Assembly (NCBI RefSeq): GCF_001194135.2
Contig: NC_068995.1
Location: 35,241,428 to 35,305,427 of the forward strand
DNA: 64,000 nt
Direction of reading: 5' to 3'
Origin: Octopus bimaculoides
Taxonomy: Eukaryota
This document shows positions 26,991-40,536 of this stretch, one piece after another (position 1 is the stretch's first letter; every line of letters starts with the position of its first letter). A program made the position numbers and the translations under genes. Below the pieces are notes generated by a model that did no database searches, was not told the DNA's origin, and saw nothing but the letters and a program-made list of their open reading frames with translations.

Positions 26991-27620
26991 GGACACACAC
27001 ACACACACACACACACAATACACACACAATACACGCACACATATACACACACACACACACTAACACACACATACACACATACGTTTATTTATATATCTAT
27101 ATCTATGCAGGTGTATACCCATACATATGTTATTGCGTGTGAATGTGTTATTCTTCACCTCGAAAAAGAAATAATGTTTAGTGCCAGGAATGGCAAGCAT
27201 GGAAAAAAATGGACAAAAACGGAAGATAGAAAAATATGAAGTATGTACATATAAGTATGCGTGTGTGTGTGTATGTGTGGTGTGTGTGTGTGTGTGTGCG
27301 TGTGTGTGTGTGTGTGTGTAATTTAGAAATGTTACGGAAGCGCTATCTTTATATCTACAATANNNNNNNNNNNNNNNNNNNNNNNNNNNNNNNNNNNNNN
27401 NNNNNNNNNNNNNNNNNNNNNNNNNNNNNNNNNNNNNNNNNNNNNNNNNNNNNNNNNNNNNNNNNNNNNNNNNNNNNNNNNNNNNNNNNNNNNNNNNNNN
27501 NNNNNNNNNNNNNNNNNNNNNNNNNNNNNNNNNNNNNNNNNNNNNNNNNNNNNNNNNNNNNNNNNNNNNNNNNNNNNNNNNNNNNNNNNNNNNNNNNNNN
27601 NNNNNNNNNNNNNNNNNNNN

Positions 27621-27663
<43 letters not shown>

Positions 27664-28279
27664 TATATGTATGTATGTATGTATGTTTGCATGTATGTAT
27701 GTATATACAGACAGATAGAGAGCAATAGAGAGAGAGAGAGAGATGTATTTAATCTGAATGTTTGTCTCACGATTCGGGCTTTATGCCACGGTGATCTTCA
27801 CAGAAAGCAGTTACAACTCGGTATTAGTGGTGTATTTATGTCCTTTGGTGTCTGAGTCTGTTCGGTCAGGTGTTTGTGTTCATTTGTTTTGCATTCCGCA
27901 TTTATTTATTGGTGCTGTTTTTCTCGCCTTTTTATTGGTTGTTCAGCTAACTTTTTTTTATTCAGTGTTGTGTTTATCTCTTGGAAATACAGTTCGGATT
28001 GTGTGTTTTGAACTTGGTTATAACTTGATGAACTGGTGATGTCGCATAGTTTCGTTTCTATTACGTGTAAGTGTCTAATATGGTAATGGTTATTTTGTGA
28101 GAGGTTGTTTACGAATGGGCTTAGCCATAAAGCTAATTAAAATATATTTCTGCGAGTGCATCACGGCTGAGTGAGCATGTATGCAAAAACATCCGTTTGT
28201 TGTTACTGAGATGAAATTTTGTTTTCTTGGTTTGTGTCTGTCCTATGCTGATATGTTTGCCATGTTTAATGATATAGTA

Positions 28280-28530
28280 GAGGTGCGTGGTTTAGTGGTT
28301 AAGGTGTTGTATGTATGATAGTAAGACTGTGGTTTCCTCTTCCTGAATCGGGCGGCATGTTGTGTTCTTGAGCAAAACACTTCATTTCACGTTAATCCAG
28401 TCTACTCAGCTGGCAAAAATGAGTGATCCTGTGACAGACCAGTCTCCCGTCCAGGTGGGAAATATTTACGTCATGAAAACCGAGAAACCGGTCCTATGTG
28501 TCTGTATGACTGGGGAAGGAACCTTACTTA
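28280..28530 (+). mobile_element. tRNA-derived SINE family D with CORE-like central motif
   Basis: ggtgcgtggtttagtggttaagg A-box-like head; 'tgtgttcttgagcaaaacacttcatttcac' resembles the CORE consensus. Confidence 0.65.
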
Positions 28531-28759
28531 CTTCATTGTTTCGATACATACATACATACATACATACATACATACATACACATTCGAAGCGACAAGGCGC
28601 GTATTTGGCGTGGGAGACTATTTATCGAAAATACGATGAATACTATCTCCAGCGTTGAAGCCACACTATCAGCCTTGTTAAATAACCGGTTAATCTTCAG
28701 ATGAATTAACTGAGGGAGCCTTTTATTCACGATCGTAGTGATGTTCGACTGAAACTTGA

Positions 28760-29650
28760 ATTTAGCATGCAGAGACTTACTACAAACAACATGGCTAGAC
28801 ACTACATCAACAAAAACACAATCGAGGAACAGAACGAAAACAACAGCTCAACAGGTAAACAAATTATTTCTAGCTGTAGTTATAGAAGAAACCGTAACTA
28901 CAAAACTCATTTCTCTTGGAGTTATGAATTGAATAATGATCCATTTAACTGCTACGAAAAAGTAAAACAAAATCCCGCTGTTGGCTATATGAATCGATTG
29001 AAATCATATTGGGACCATCTGCATCAAGAATTAAATCATTTTAGTGCGAAGTAACTATGCCAACTAGCAACATGTGTAGAACATAGAAAGAAGGTTAGTA
29101 ACTGTAACTTTATTAAGAAATCGAAAATTAACCTTCTTCCCAACTCTACAAACAAAAACGAAAACGCGAATGATATAAGACCACCACGTAGTTTCGCAGC
29201 TAGCGAGATTCCAACAGATTCTATAGTGCCTGCCAGCCAAACTATATTACTGGCTTAAGTCAGTAATATACTATGATCATGGTAAACAGCACGTACAATC
29301 GCCACGATTATTGTAGTAGTAGTGTTAGTGAGGATTATATGCCAGTGAAATGTGCCCTTACTGAAATTTTCTAAGGAAAAACTACTTTGGCTTTGAAGGA
29401 CTCTCTCAAGGGGAGAGTATTTTCTTCCAAGGTAAGTAAAAAAAACACCAGATACAGTATTAAAAGCTATTAACGAAATTGATAATGAATATTTACAACA
29501 GTGTGATGAAACCACATACTAGCAGATTAACGCCTGTCTATATGCTCTGGCTACTACTGTAAAACAGTACATGAATGATATTCAAAAAGTTTAAAAAACC
29601 GAAATAGCAAAGAAATCTGCTCTGGCATCTCTTCAGTTTTCAAGGCAATC
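28760..29650 (+). mobile_element. R4/Dong-like ORF N-terminal fragment
   Basis: SWSYELNNDPFNCYEKVKQNPAVGYMNRLKSYWDHLHQELNHFSAK..LKAINEI..QINACLYALATTVKQ resembles the N-terminus of RLE-clade ORFs. Confidence 0.6.
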
Positions 29651-30039
29651 AAAAAATGCTATGAAAATGACCATTATACAACGGGAAATTACTATGCGAT
29701 TGACCGTTATTAAGACAAAAGTGCTATTAGAACGACCGTTAAATAAGGGGAAAAAACCGAAGGGGAGAAAGTGAAAAAGTAAAAAATTAAAAGTGTGCAT
29801 TGAAATTGCGTACGCGCGCATGTACTTACATACACATACGCGCACGCACACCCACGTACATGTGCCTATATGCATATGCTCAGTCACACTCGCGTGAAAC
29901 ACATACGTGCACACACACACACATACGCCTATATATGCACACATATATACGCAACCATACATGTACTCATATACATATCTGCGAACACGCGCGCGCCCAC
30001 ACTCACGTTAAACACATGCATGTACACCCACATATATAT

Positions 30040-30128
30040 TATGGCAACCATAGAATTGTCACATTATATTACAGATAAATTCCTCTATTTACATAATATC
30101 AAGGTCTCATTCATTCTTTTGTAGTGAC
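30040..30128 (+). repeat. Isolated arm of the fold-back family seen at 45575-46005
   Basis: atggcaacc..gtcacatt..ataaattcctctatttacataatatcaaggtctc aligns with 45712-45795. Confidence 0.75.
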
Positions 30129-30145
30129 ACCATTACTATTAATAG

Positions 30146-30215
<70 letters not shown>

Positions 30216-30284
30216 NNNNNNNNNNNNNNNNNNNNNNNNNNNNNNNNNNNNNNNNNNNNNNNNNNNNNNNNNNNNNNNNNNNNN

Positions 30285-30330
<46 letters not shown>

Positions 30331-30333
30331 GTG

Positions 30334-30393
<60 letters not shown>

Positions 30394-32800
30394 AATAGGG
30401 GAGAGTGTGTGCGTATTGAATACATACAAGAATCACAAAGTAATATGCTTGTATAAGAGCATACGTACGCACACCTTGAACTTGTGAAATACATTCGTAT
30501 CAATGTGACATGTTGCACTACATCTCAATGAATTCCATTGTTTTCGATGTTAAGTTAAATATCCCAGGTAATTTCTTTAGATAACCCTAGTTCATTATCG
30601 CTTCGTGTGTGGAATATGCAACTGTATCATATTCATACAGTCTACTAGCTTCGCTTATCTGATAGCAAACAAAGCATGTTTCTTGATATTTGATATGATT
30701 TCATTTATTTCATTATTTTATTCGTCTTTTTTTTTGTTTTGTTTTTTAAAGAAATTCAATTTATAATAACATTGATCGCTTTAAGAAATTCGTGAATAAT
30801 TGATAGTAACCCATCAAGATAGTTGCTAATTTTAACCTGACGTAATTATCTAATAACTAGTCTGCCACAGGATATCTGATCAAGGAATAATTAACTGCTC
30901 AGTATCTTGTTCGTTTAAGCAAGGGACAAAGAATGATATACACAAGAGTAATATTAGAGCAATGCACTTTTTTATTGGTTATATTGATAATAATTAAAAT
31001 TTATGTGAATAGTTTAGACATAATTTTCAGATTTTTATGTAGTATATAGGAATATATATTCAACTACTGCACATCGAAGTTTCTAACTTGTGGAGGAATT
31101 AACATCACTGTGGTTATATTAGAATCAAGGATGTGTAATTTGCGAAAGATATGTTTTGGAATGTATGATGATTCATAGTTACTTGGTCATTTCTGAAAGA
31201 ATTATTCTTGACAGCTCAAATGCTACTGAAAAAGGAGCAACATCAAACTACGACATAATAGGCAGTAATTCAACATCTGATCTTATGTAACGAGAATGCT
31301 GACTGGTTGGCAGTTGCAGTGTAGGGGAAATATTTCTGTTCAACATTGTCAGCAGTCCTTATGCTGTAAAGATTTATAGTGGACTTTGTCCAAATATGTT
31401 CCATCGCCATGGAACAAAGTTGAAATAATCTATTTTCTGTACACTACTGCAAATTGACAGTAGTGAAAAAGTTATATCACACGAAATTACTCTAGCAGCA
31501 GCAGCATAGTAGCAGCACTACTTTAGATACGAGGAACCCTAAATAAATATAGGTATAATCTAATACCGTATAACCGAAACTATTCAGTCCCTTTCAGAGA
31601 TGATGACGAATAGCATAAATTTTTGTGTCGTTCATAGTTAGATGGAAGCTTTTGGTGTTTCACTGGTCAAGTTATGGTAAGGACGAACATACATTCGTTA
31701 GCGAAGTAATCATTTTTATACGAGTTTATTTATTGGCAAATATTTGTATATTAGTATTAGTTTCGCAACTGTTAAGAAAGGATCAGTAAAAATAATTGGT
31801 AAACTTCCAAATAACGAATTATCATGCGGCTCTGTGGAATCATTTGCCTTTTAAGCCTGAAGGCTTAATATATAAACAACTTTGATTTATAAAAACAATA
31901 AATGTGCCAGTTGTATTTTGTACTGCGATGATCTGATCTTCAACAGAATTTTTTCAGTGAGAATAATTTCATATTTTGTTGAAGGAGGTAAAGAGTATTA
32001 TTCGTATAAGATATGGTGCCAGTCACATTTTAAAGCCAAGTGATTCTTCTTACTGGCGCTTACAATTCAATTGGCGTTTATTTTCGATATTAATTCAGCA
32101 TTTCAGACAGTGGGTAACTGGGTGGTAATCATCAAAATATTTCCTGCAACCCTTCATTATATGATTAGGCTCACCTTCAACAAAATATTTCAGAATTTCC
32201 TTCTATGCAAGACATTTATTAGAAGTGTGGCAAATAGTCGTATGCATTGATTAAAAATGTATAGTCCAGTATCTCTGAATTCTATCTTCATTCAAAACTT
32301 GCCGAGGGGAACTTTGTCATTCACTTTACTGGAGTCGATGTAATCGAATAATCTCCTCCCTACAATCAGTTTGTCGTGTGTCTAACAGATTATAACAATT
32401 ATTCGATTTGAAACAGGTTAAGTCTTATCTCTGGTAGAATTTAAGTAGGTAACGGGTTACTATCTGTAACCTACTACAGCTACAAGCTTTCAAAACCATG
32501 CTGATAATCTTTTCTGTTTCCAAGGGGTAAAATTTCTGTAGAAGCTCTACAGCACATTACCTTCCAATCTCCAACTATTTTTTCTATATCATTACTCACA
32601 GTTCCTAATACACCAATTATTAGAGGCACAAAATTTAGTCTTCAAATTCCATATTCTCGTCATTTCAAGTTCTAAGGGATTGCATTTCTTAACTTTTCAA
32701 CTACTTTCTTTAAACCTTGGAGTCAAACGAACATAATGGATCAATTAGTAAACATCTTTGATTGTCCTTGTCTATTATTATTATATAGAGTTAAATAATA

Positions 32801-32971
32801 GGCTCAGGAGTGGCTGTGAGGTAAGTATCTTGCTTACGAACCACATGGTTCCGGGTTCAGTCCCACTGCGTGGCACCTTGGGCAAGTGTCTTCTACTATA
32901 GCCGAGGGCCGATCAAAGCCTTGTGAGTGAAGTTAGTAGACGGAAACTGAAAGAAGCCCGTCGTATATATG

Positions 32972-33006
<35 letters not shown>

Positions 33007-33240
33007 TTGTGTGTATATATGTTTGTGTGTCTGTATTTGTCCCCCCCACCATCGCTTGACAACCAATGTCGGTGTGTTTACGTCCCCGTAACTTAGCGGT
33101 TCGGCAAAAGAGACCGAGAGAATAAGTACTAGGCTTTCAAAGAATAAGACCTGGGGTCGATTTGCTCGACTAAAAGCGGTGCTCCAGCATGGCCACATTC
33201 AAATGAGTGAAACAAGTAAAAGAGTAAAGGAGTAAGAGTA
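32801..33240 (+). mobile_element. Full-length tRNA-derived SINE family B with internal (TA)/(TG) tract
   Basis: A-box tggctgtgaggt, B-box gggttcagtccc, CORE-like 'ccttgggcaagtgtcttc', tail (aagagta)n. Confidence 0.9.
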
Positions 33241-33244
33241 TTAT

Positions 33245-33490
33245 CTAGCTTGTTTTCTGTTTGGATCGGAAAATCTCATAAAATCTGGCATTTCTCTGAC
33301 TCAAGCACTCTTTCAACGCGATGTACTCCCAGCTTCAAATCACCATGTCTGACAAAGCTTCTTGTGAACAACTTTCAGAACTTGGTCATACCTCCATTTC
33401 TTATATTATTGCCCAGCCAACTCGGGACATTCAAAACAATATGTGTTATTGTTTCATCCAAAATCCAACACACTACATTTTTCTGACAGA
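33245..33490 (-). mobile_element. R4/Dong-like zinc-knuckle/RLE fragment
   Basis: Minus strand reads C.KC..LDETITHIV..HDQV..VHKKLCQ..VERVLESEKCQIL*DFPIQTENKL. Confidence 0.75.
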
Positions 33491-33499
33491 TTCACATCA

Positions 33500-33710
33500 T
33501 CCGCCACCGATTGACAGCCGGGTTTGGTTTTCTGGTTTTTTTTTTTTTTTTTTTTTTTCCAGATCTTCCTAACTTAGCGGCTTGGTAAAAGAAACCTGTT
33601 GAATAAGTACAAAAAAGTAAGAATTGGAGTCGATCTATTGGACAAAACCCAGGATGATCGCAATCTAATGAGGGAAAGACGCAGAAGATAAAAGATGAAT
33701 AAGAAAATAG
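33500..33710 (+). mobile_element. Degenerate SINE family B 3' part
   Basis: taacttagcggcttggtaaaagaaacc..gaataagtac..ggagtcgat matches 33090-33170. Confidence 0.6.
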
Positions 33711-34499
33711 GCTTAAATCCATTCAAAACTTCGAAAGAGTTATAAGGAAAATCGAAATTATAAAGCAGCGAAATGTGCTGTGTAATGAAAAGTCGCAGTG
33801 ATGGTTGTTTTGGTTCTCAGCAAATACTATTAAGATACAACCAAATGTAGTTGTAATAAAGAGGTTATAATGACAATATATAAGAACAGTTAAATGTTGG
33901 TCGTCATAACACGGCTGAGTAGCGATTGTAATGAAACTACATAATTGTGATTATAATATGTTTTAATGACACAGCTGAGACAGTGCAGGTAGTTAAATGA
34001 GATCTCAGTGGTGGCTGTAATCCCAAAGCACATTATCGATCCTAATGAAATAACTTGGCGGTAGTTGTAATGAAGATAGTCATGATTACAATGGGTCATT
34101 GTTTATAGTAATGAGGTCTTACAAGTTTTCGTAGCGACGGAACGAAATAACTTAACAGTGGATGTAACAATAAAACTTTGTTGTGATTTTAATGAAGCAG
34201 ACCAGTGGTGACAATAGTAATGCCTTAGCTTCACTATATACTTATAATTTTCTGACCCACTTGCCTTTCTCTCCCTTTGCTGCTGCGGTTTTGCTGCCAA
34301 CCATTCAAACTTTATTGCATATATTTGGAGTAGCACACTGATCTGCCAATTAAAATTGGTTTACGAAAAAGTAAACATTGTAAGGAATGAATATTCATCA
34401 ACATTATCGTAATGTATACTTATGAAAACATATTTTTGCATTTATTGGTAAAGCTCTATTTTATGACTCAAATGAAATAAAACAATTTTTTTAGACACA

Positions 34500-35300
34500 C
34501 ATTAAAATAAGTCGTTAGAATTTATATGAAATTCTTCGTGTTTTTACTTTCGTCATTTTGTGGCAGCATATAGATTAGCCCTTGGGTTAGCCAAGATGCC
34601 GCTTTTTCTTTGTTTTTCATTATGTCAGAAAAACACTCAGATGATTGCTTGTGTGATATTGTCAGATCATTCCACCAAAAGTTTGGTATCCTATCATTCC
34701 CAGGGGATTTCCATTTAAGAGTCTTTGACAAGATTGCGTTCAGTTCCTTGATGGTGATATCTTCCCACGTTTTTCTTGTACATTCACTATTCTTTTTTTA
34801 TCTCTTGTGATCCATTAAATCCATTGTTATAAACTGTGTATACATTTTCAGAGGTTTCCTGCATTTCAGGTGTGCACCTTAATGTATATTATTTGCTTTC
34901 TAAGTTCTCTGTAAAACTTTTTCGCCATCCATTTTGAATATTTTGTTTCGTCTGTAGAAGTTATTTCATTATCAAACCTACGAAACGTAGTGATTTAAAC
35001 TGTAAATATTGTTTTACTAACTTCTTGGATTTTACTAATTCAACCATGACTTTACTTCTTTGTGTTGACGTTCTTCTGTTCAGATAACTTATCTGAGATA
35101 GAAAATTCAATCCTAAGCAGTCGAATTACTTTGTTTATTCGTTCTTTACATTTTGATTGTTAATGCATGTATTTTTGGAACCCTTTTTCTTCATTTTGAC
35201 ACGTATTTCCATAGTAGCTGCGAATGTTGATGCATATATAAAGTAATTTAAGGAAATCAATCGCATTTAGACTTTTAGGGTGTAATCATAAATTTTTATT
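34500..35300 (-). mobile_element. R4/Dong-like RT N-terminal fragment
   Basis: KWKSPGNDRIPNFWWNDL..SWLTQGLIYMLPQNDESKNTKNF (KSPG.D.I.NFW..LT.G...LPK...NP.NYRP pattern). Confidence 0.7.
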
Positions 35301-36489
35301 GTAAGTAGGCTAGACATTTTCGTTGGAAATTTAGGCAGCTGTTCTTTATTGTTCATTTCTGTATGTTGTGAGAAACTGTATTCATATATGATGTCAGTTT
35401 TTCGATCTTGGATTTTATTGATGTCAGCAATTCATCCTTCATCATCAACATTTTTGCGGAGTCCATTTTTGGCACTCTGGTGGCTGTGTAGAACGTGTTT
35501 AACTGCAAAGCACAAAGAAGAAACTAAAAAGTAAATTTGAAAAACAATCAAAAGCGATGATTGATACCAAAATTATAAATAATCAAACTATTTAAACTGT
35601 TTAAAAGATAGCTTTTTAATCATTCTTGAGTTAGAAATTTAATTAGTGACCTAAATAAGTACATATCTGTTAAAAATGAAAATAGTTTCAAGTATGTCAC
35701 AGTGCTGATACAACAAACTGCATAACATATTTCACAGCCAGCTTGTGTAAAGTTTTCCGATCTGCTGCAGGTGAAATATTAAGTTTATGAGAGAGTTCAT
35801 TAATTTTATATGCACTAACTCATCTAGTAATAAAGAAAACATAGTAAACCTGAGAATGATGCCTGCAATATATTGACAGTCTATTAACATATTTATTTGT
35901 GTAAAATATCCAAATTTCGAAACCTTGTATTAGCAGTGTGTATTATACACGAGGGCTAAATATTACCCAGTTCTTCCAATCACGTGTGTCGGCCATGCCT
36001 AAGCTTACTCATGTTTAATATGTTGATGTATATTCCTTTAAACAAACTGAAATCTGTAAATTTACGGTGGTGTACCATTTCAAAAATTTGTTATAACATT
36101 CTACGACAGATCTTTGTAACATTGCGTCAATGTAAGAATCTTCTGTTAAAGCGGCTTTGGGTGGGGAAAGGCACATTCGAGAATTTTGCTGAGAATTACG
36201 CAAGTGTATTGCTAATAACTTTCTATGGGTGAATTTCTAGTATCGTTTTATACTTTACTGTAGCTTCTGAGTAGCTGAATATTCCTTACCCAATAACAGT
36301 TTCAAATATATGTTTTCATATATAAGTGATGTTTTTTGTGCGCAAATGCGTAATATTGCATGTATCCGCAAGCCAGTTTTGAATATATTGAACATTTTAA
36401 TATATAACCGGCTTCTCGTTCTGGAGGTTTCTCTGTCTGTATATGTTGTATGTATGTTTGTGTGTGTGCATTATATATATGATATATAT

Positions 36490-36683
36490 TCTTTTCTACT
36501 CTAGGCACAAGGCCCAAAAGTTTGGGGGAAGGGACCAGTCGATTACATCGACCCCAGTACGCAACTGGCACTTAATTTATCGACTCCGAAAAAATGAAAG
36601 GTAAAGTCGAACTCGGCAGAATTTGAATTCAGAACGTAAAGATAGACGAAATACTGCTAACGTTTCTGGCAGCTCGCCGCCTT
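36490..36683 (-). mobile_element. tRNA-derived SINE family C
   Basis: Reverse complement reads aaggcggcgagctgccagaaacgttagc..gttctgaattcaaattctgccgag. Confidence 0.85.
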
Positions 36684-36739
36684 ATATATGTCATATATTA
36701 CATATTCGTATGTATACATTTATACCTCTTTTATCTTTT

Positions 36740-36972
36740 ATCTTTTACTTGTTTTTAGTCAATACTGGAGCACTGCTTAGAGAAATTTTAGTCGAATGAA
36801 TCTACCCTTGTACTTATTTTTTTGGTTAGTCATCCTATCGGTCTCTTTCGTTTTGAAACGGTGATCAGGAACAAACACACATATTTACACACACGCCTTT
36901 CAGTTTCCTACTAACAACTCCACTCACAAGGCTTTCGTCAGATCGAGGCTTTAGAAAATCACACTTGTCCAA
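36740..36972 (-). mobile_element. Partial SINE family B
   Basis: Reverse complement matches the CORE-like and tail segments of 32801-33240. Confidence 0.65.
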
Positions 36973-36986
36973 GATATGTAAATATA

Positions 36987-38210
36987 TTGGGTTGGTCAAA
37001 AACGTTTGTAGCGTTTAAGTAAAATCTATTAACAATATTTAGATACCTCTACTCAATCACATATATCCTATTTTGTTCCACCACCTTTCGCCATTTTTGC
37101 GGCAGATCTTTTTTAAGTGTCTTTTTTGTTTAACTCTTTTTAAATAATCGAAGTTCTTCCCACTAAGAATATTTTGCAGGGATCGGAGTAAATGATAATC
37201 CGAAGGTGCAAGTTCAGGTGCAGAGAATCGCAGATGGAAATGCACTCTATTAACTTGTTTTTTTCCGTTAAGTTATGAGGTACCCAAATATCATAGCGAT
37301 TCACGTAACCAAGTTTTTTAAATGCTTTATAAAGCTTACATGAGATACGTGGAGATTGTTCGCGATATCTCGCGATGTGTAATATGGATTACTTTTTATT
37401 AAAGCCGCGATCTGTTCATTGTCAAAGACTGTAGTCCTGCCAACCTTCACGTTCTTCCAAGTCAAAATATTTGGTTCTAAAGCTAACAAGCTATTTACAA
37501 ACTGTACTTTCAGCTATGACACCATCTCCATAAGCAGCACATATTTTCTTCGCTGCTTGCGAAGCGTTTTTACCTGTCTAGAAATTGTTGTTGTTGGCAC
37601 TCCGTCGCTTACGATGTCGAGGGTTCCAGTTGATCCGATCAAGCGCAACAGCCTGCTCGTGAAATTAACGTGTAAGTAGCTGAGCACTCCACAGACACGT
37701 GTACCCTTAACGTAGTTCTCGGGGATATTCAGCGTGACACAGTGTGGCAAGGCTGGCCCTTTGAATTACAGGTACAACAGAAACAAGAAGAAAGAGTGAG
37801 AGAAAGTTGTGGTGAAAGAGTACATCAGGGTTCGCCACCATCCCCTGCCGGAGCCTCGGGGAGCTTTAGGTGTTTTCGCTCAATAAACACTCACAACGCC
37901 CGGTCTGGGAATCGAAACCGCGATCCTATGACCACGAATCCGCTGCCCTAACCACTGGGCCATTGCGCCTCCACCTGTCTAGAAATAAAGGAGCAATAAA
38001 TGACGAAAATATATTTCTTTTCCCTTCATTTTCAGTTATATCGTAAATTCAGTAGAAGTAAATAATCAACACAAAATTCAAATACACAAATGCGTTGAGA
38101 TCTCCTCGCTGAAAATATATATAAATCATATGTTCCTGTCACATGATAAAACAGATCACGTGATTAAATATCACCAGTTGAAAAACGCTACAAACTTTTT
38201 ATCATCCCAA
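36987..38210 (-). mobile_element. Internally deleted mariner with both TIRs and TA duplication, interrupted by a SINE
   Basis: Left TA|TTGGGTTGGTCAAAAACGTTTGTAGCGTT; right AACGCTACAAACTTTTTATCATCCCAA|TA; APELAPSDYHLLRSLQNILSGKNF. Confidence 0.9.
37586..37972 (-). mobile_element. Full-length tRNA-derived SINE family A with (CAA)n tail and 14-bp TSD
   Basis: A-box TGGCCCAGTGG, B-box GGTTTCGATTCC; TSD acctgtctagaaat at 37572-37585 and 37973-37986. Confidence 0.95.
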
Positions 38211-38289
38211 TATATATATATAAGTGAGAAAGTATTGTTGGTGATTGTACGTGGTTGAATATATTAGGAAAGAAATACGATGAAAAAGC

Positions 38290-38499
38290 CACAGAAGATT
38301 TGTTTTACGAGACTAAAGAATATATTTAAATCGGCAAGGCAAAAGTATTATACAATACTATACAAAAGTATTATACACTATCATACAAAATAATTTTTTT
38401 CCTCTAGAGGTAAAAAAAATCTTATTTTGAATAATATTGTATAATACTTTTGCCATGACGATTTAAATATATTCTTTCGTCTCGTAAAACGAATCTGTG
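38290..38499. repeat. ~210 bp spacerless palindrome (fold-back/MITE-like)
   Basis: Arms cacag..ttttacgagact..aatatatttaaatcg..ggcaaaagtattatacaata and its reverse complement, centred on CCTCTAGAGG at 38401-38410. Confidence 0.9.
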
Positions 38500-38537
38500 T
38501 TTTTTTTTCATCTTGTTTTTCATTCTANNNNNNNNNN

Positions 38538-38572
<35 letters not shown>

Positions 38573-38884
38573 ATAACTATATATGTATAATAAATGTTAT
38601 ATGTGTTAAATATTATGCATATATAATGTATTTATGTGTGTGCAATTGCGTGTGTGTTCCTGTAATTGTGTATGTTTTATTCAAATCTGCTTCTTGCGAC
38701 ATATAAAAGTCACATTTAAGCCATGCATATGTGCGTGTTTACTTCTCTACATTATTCTCCTCACACAATTACTTGTCCATATCTTTCTCCCCCTTCTCTC
38801 TCTGCAACACACACAATACAACACATATTTACATATATGCGTGCGTGTGATGTTACATATGTATTCATATTTGTATGTACGTAC

Positions 38885-38922
<38 letters not shown>

Positions 38923-39322
38923 NNNNNNNNNNNNNNNNNNNNNNNNNNNNNNNNNNNNNNNNNNNNNNNNNNNNNNNNNNNNNNNNNNNNNNNNNNNNNN
39001 NNNNNNNNNNNNNNNNNNNNNNNNNNNNNNNNNNNNNNNNNNNNNNNNNNNNNNNNNNNNNNNNNNNNNNNNNNNNNNNNNNNNNNNNNNNNNNNNNNNN
39101 NNNNNNNNNNNNNNNNNNNNNNNNNNNNNNNNNNNNNNNNNNNNNNNNNNNNNNNNNNNNNNNNNNNNNNNNNNNNNNNNNNNNNNNNNNNNNNNNNNNN
39201 NNNNNNNNNNNNNNNNNNNNNNNNNNNNNNNNNNNNNNNNNNNNNNNNNNNNNNNNNNNNNNNNNNNNNNNNNNNNNNNNNNNNNNNNNNNNNNNNNNNN
39301 NNNNNNNNNNNNNNNNNNNNNN

Positions 39323-39401
<79 letters not shown>

Positions 39402-40248
39402 ATTATATGAATAGGGGTGTAATTACACGTTTTACGTAAACGATATGATCTTGCACTTAATGTTTGGAATACGAATTGCTAAATTTCTCCTATCACATCA
39501 GATGTCGTCACCAGTAACTCGTTATTCTTCAGTTCGACATATAACATGTTCATTTAGCTGACATTGATATCCTCTGTTTTCTAGAAATCAATTTTATTTT
39601 TCCTTTCCTTTTTATTCCCGATTTCCAATTCTCTTCCTCTATCAAATTTCATTCTGCAACAGTTTGCTACCGTCAATGACAATGCTTGTCTTACTGAACA
39701 TTTTTTTCATCTATTTCTTTTGTCTCTCTATCCAATATCTCTGAGTAAGAGAGCTTGTGTGTTGCAGTGTAACACATGTATTCTTTGTACATGCGATAAT
39801 GAAGCCCACATTCATCTAAAGAGAAAATTAAGTCGTTTATGTCCATGTAAATCATTTGCTACCTCTTGATATAGTGATAAACGGCCTGTAATATCCGACA
39901 ATAGATGTTTCTTTTTCCTTTTAACTTTCTTATGGCTATTCTGAACTGATTAAATGACTATTTAAACTGAGTTAATATTTGGTAACACCTGTTACGTAGA
40001 GTTGCAATGAATATCTGTACCAATGGAACGGCTTTTGTCGTAGTATCTTTCATTATAAAATATGAAATTTTGATTAATTTAACATACATCAGATACTGTG
40101 TCCATTTACTCAAACTTTAACTCAAACTCAAACTCAGTATGCACACACAAATATACATACATATAGGACGGACTTCTAGTTTCCGTCTACCAAATATAGT
40201 CACAAGGCTTTGGTCGGGCCGAGGCTATTATATGTAAGTGTACATATG

Positions 40249-40329
<81 letters not shown>

Positions 40330-40465
40330 ACACACACACATACATACATATATATATTTTATAATATTACTGTAAGAAACATTTTAGAAATTTTTACTAC
40401 CAATGGCCTAGCGTGTAGAAAAATTTGTCAATAGACTATATGTTAATCATATAAATACAGTGCAC

Positions 40466-40514
<49 letters not shown>

Positions 40515-40536
40515 CATATAAGAGGAAACACCACAA

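Noticed and set aside
27750-28250. Possible Penelope N-terminal remnant on the minus strand (similar case at 17700-18100)
   Set aside because: Only vague resemblance; no diagnostic motif could be confirmed.
31170-31290. Short plus-strand frame (LVISERIILDSSNATEKGATSNYDIIGSNSTSDL) with possible splice sites
   Set aside because: Too short, with weak acceptor and no homology.
33860-34220. Recurring gtaatga-like motif at roughly 20-35 bp spacing (superficially CRISPR- or minisatellite-like)
   Set aside because: Spacing is irregular and the repeat is only 5-7 nt; consistent with a decayed trinucleotide tract.
37900-37972. tRNA-like heads of SINEs (also 32801, 28280, 18205, 61455)
   Set aside because: No complete cloverleaf, and each continues into a SINE body, so they are not tRNA genes.
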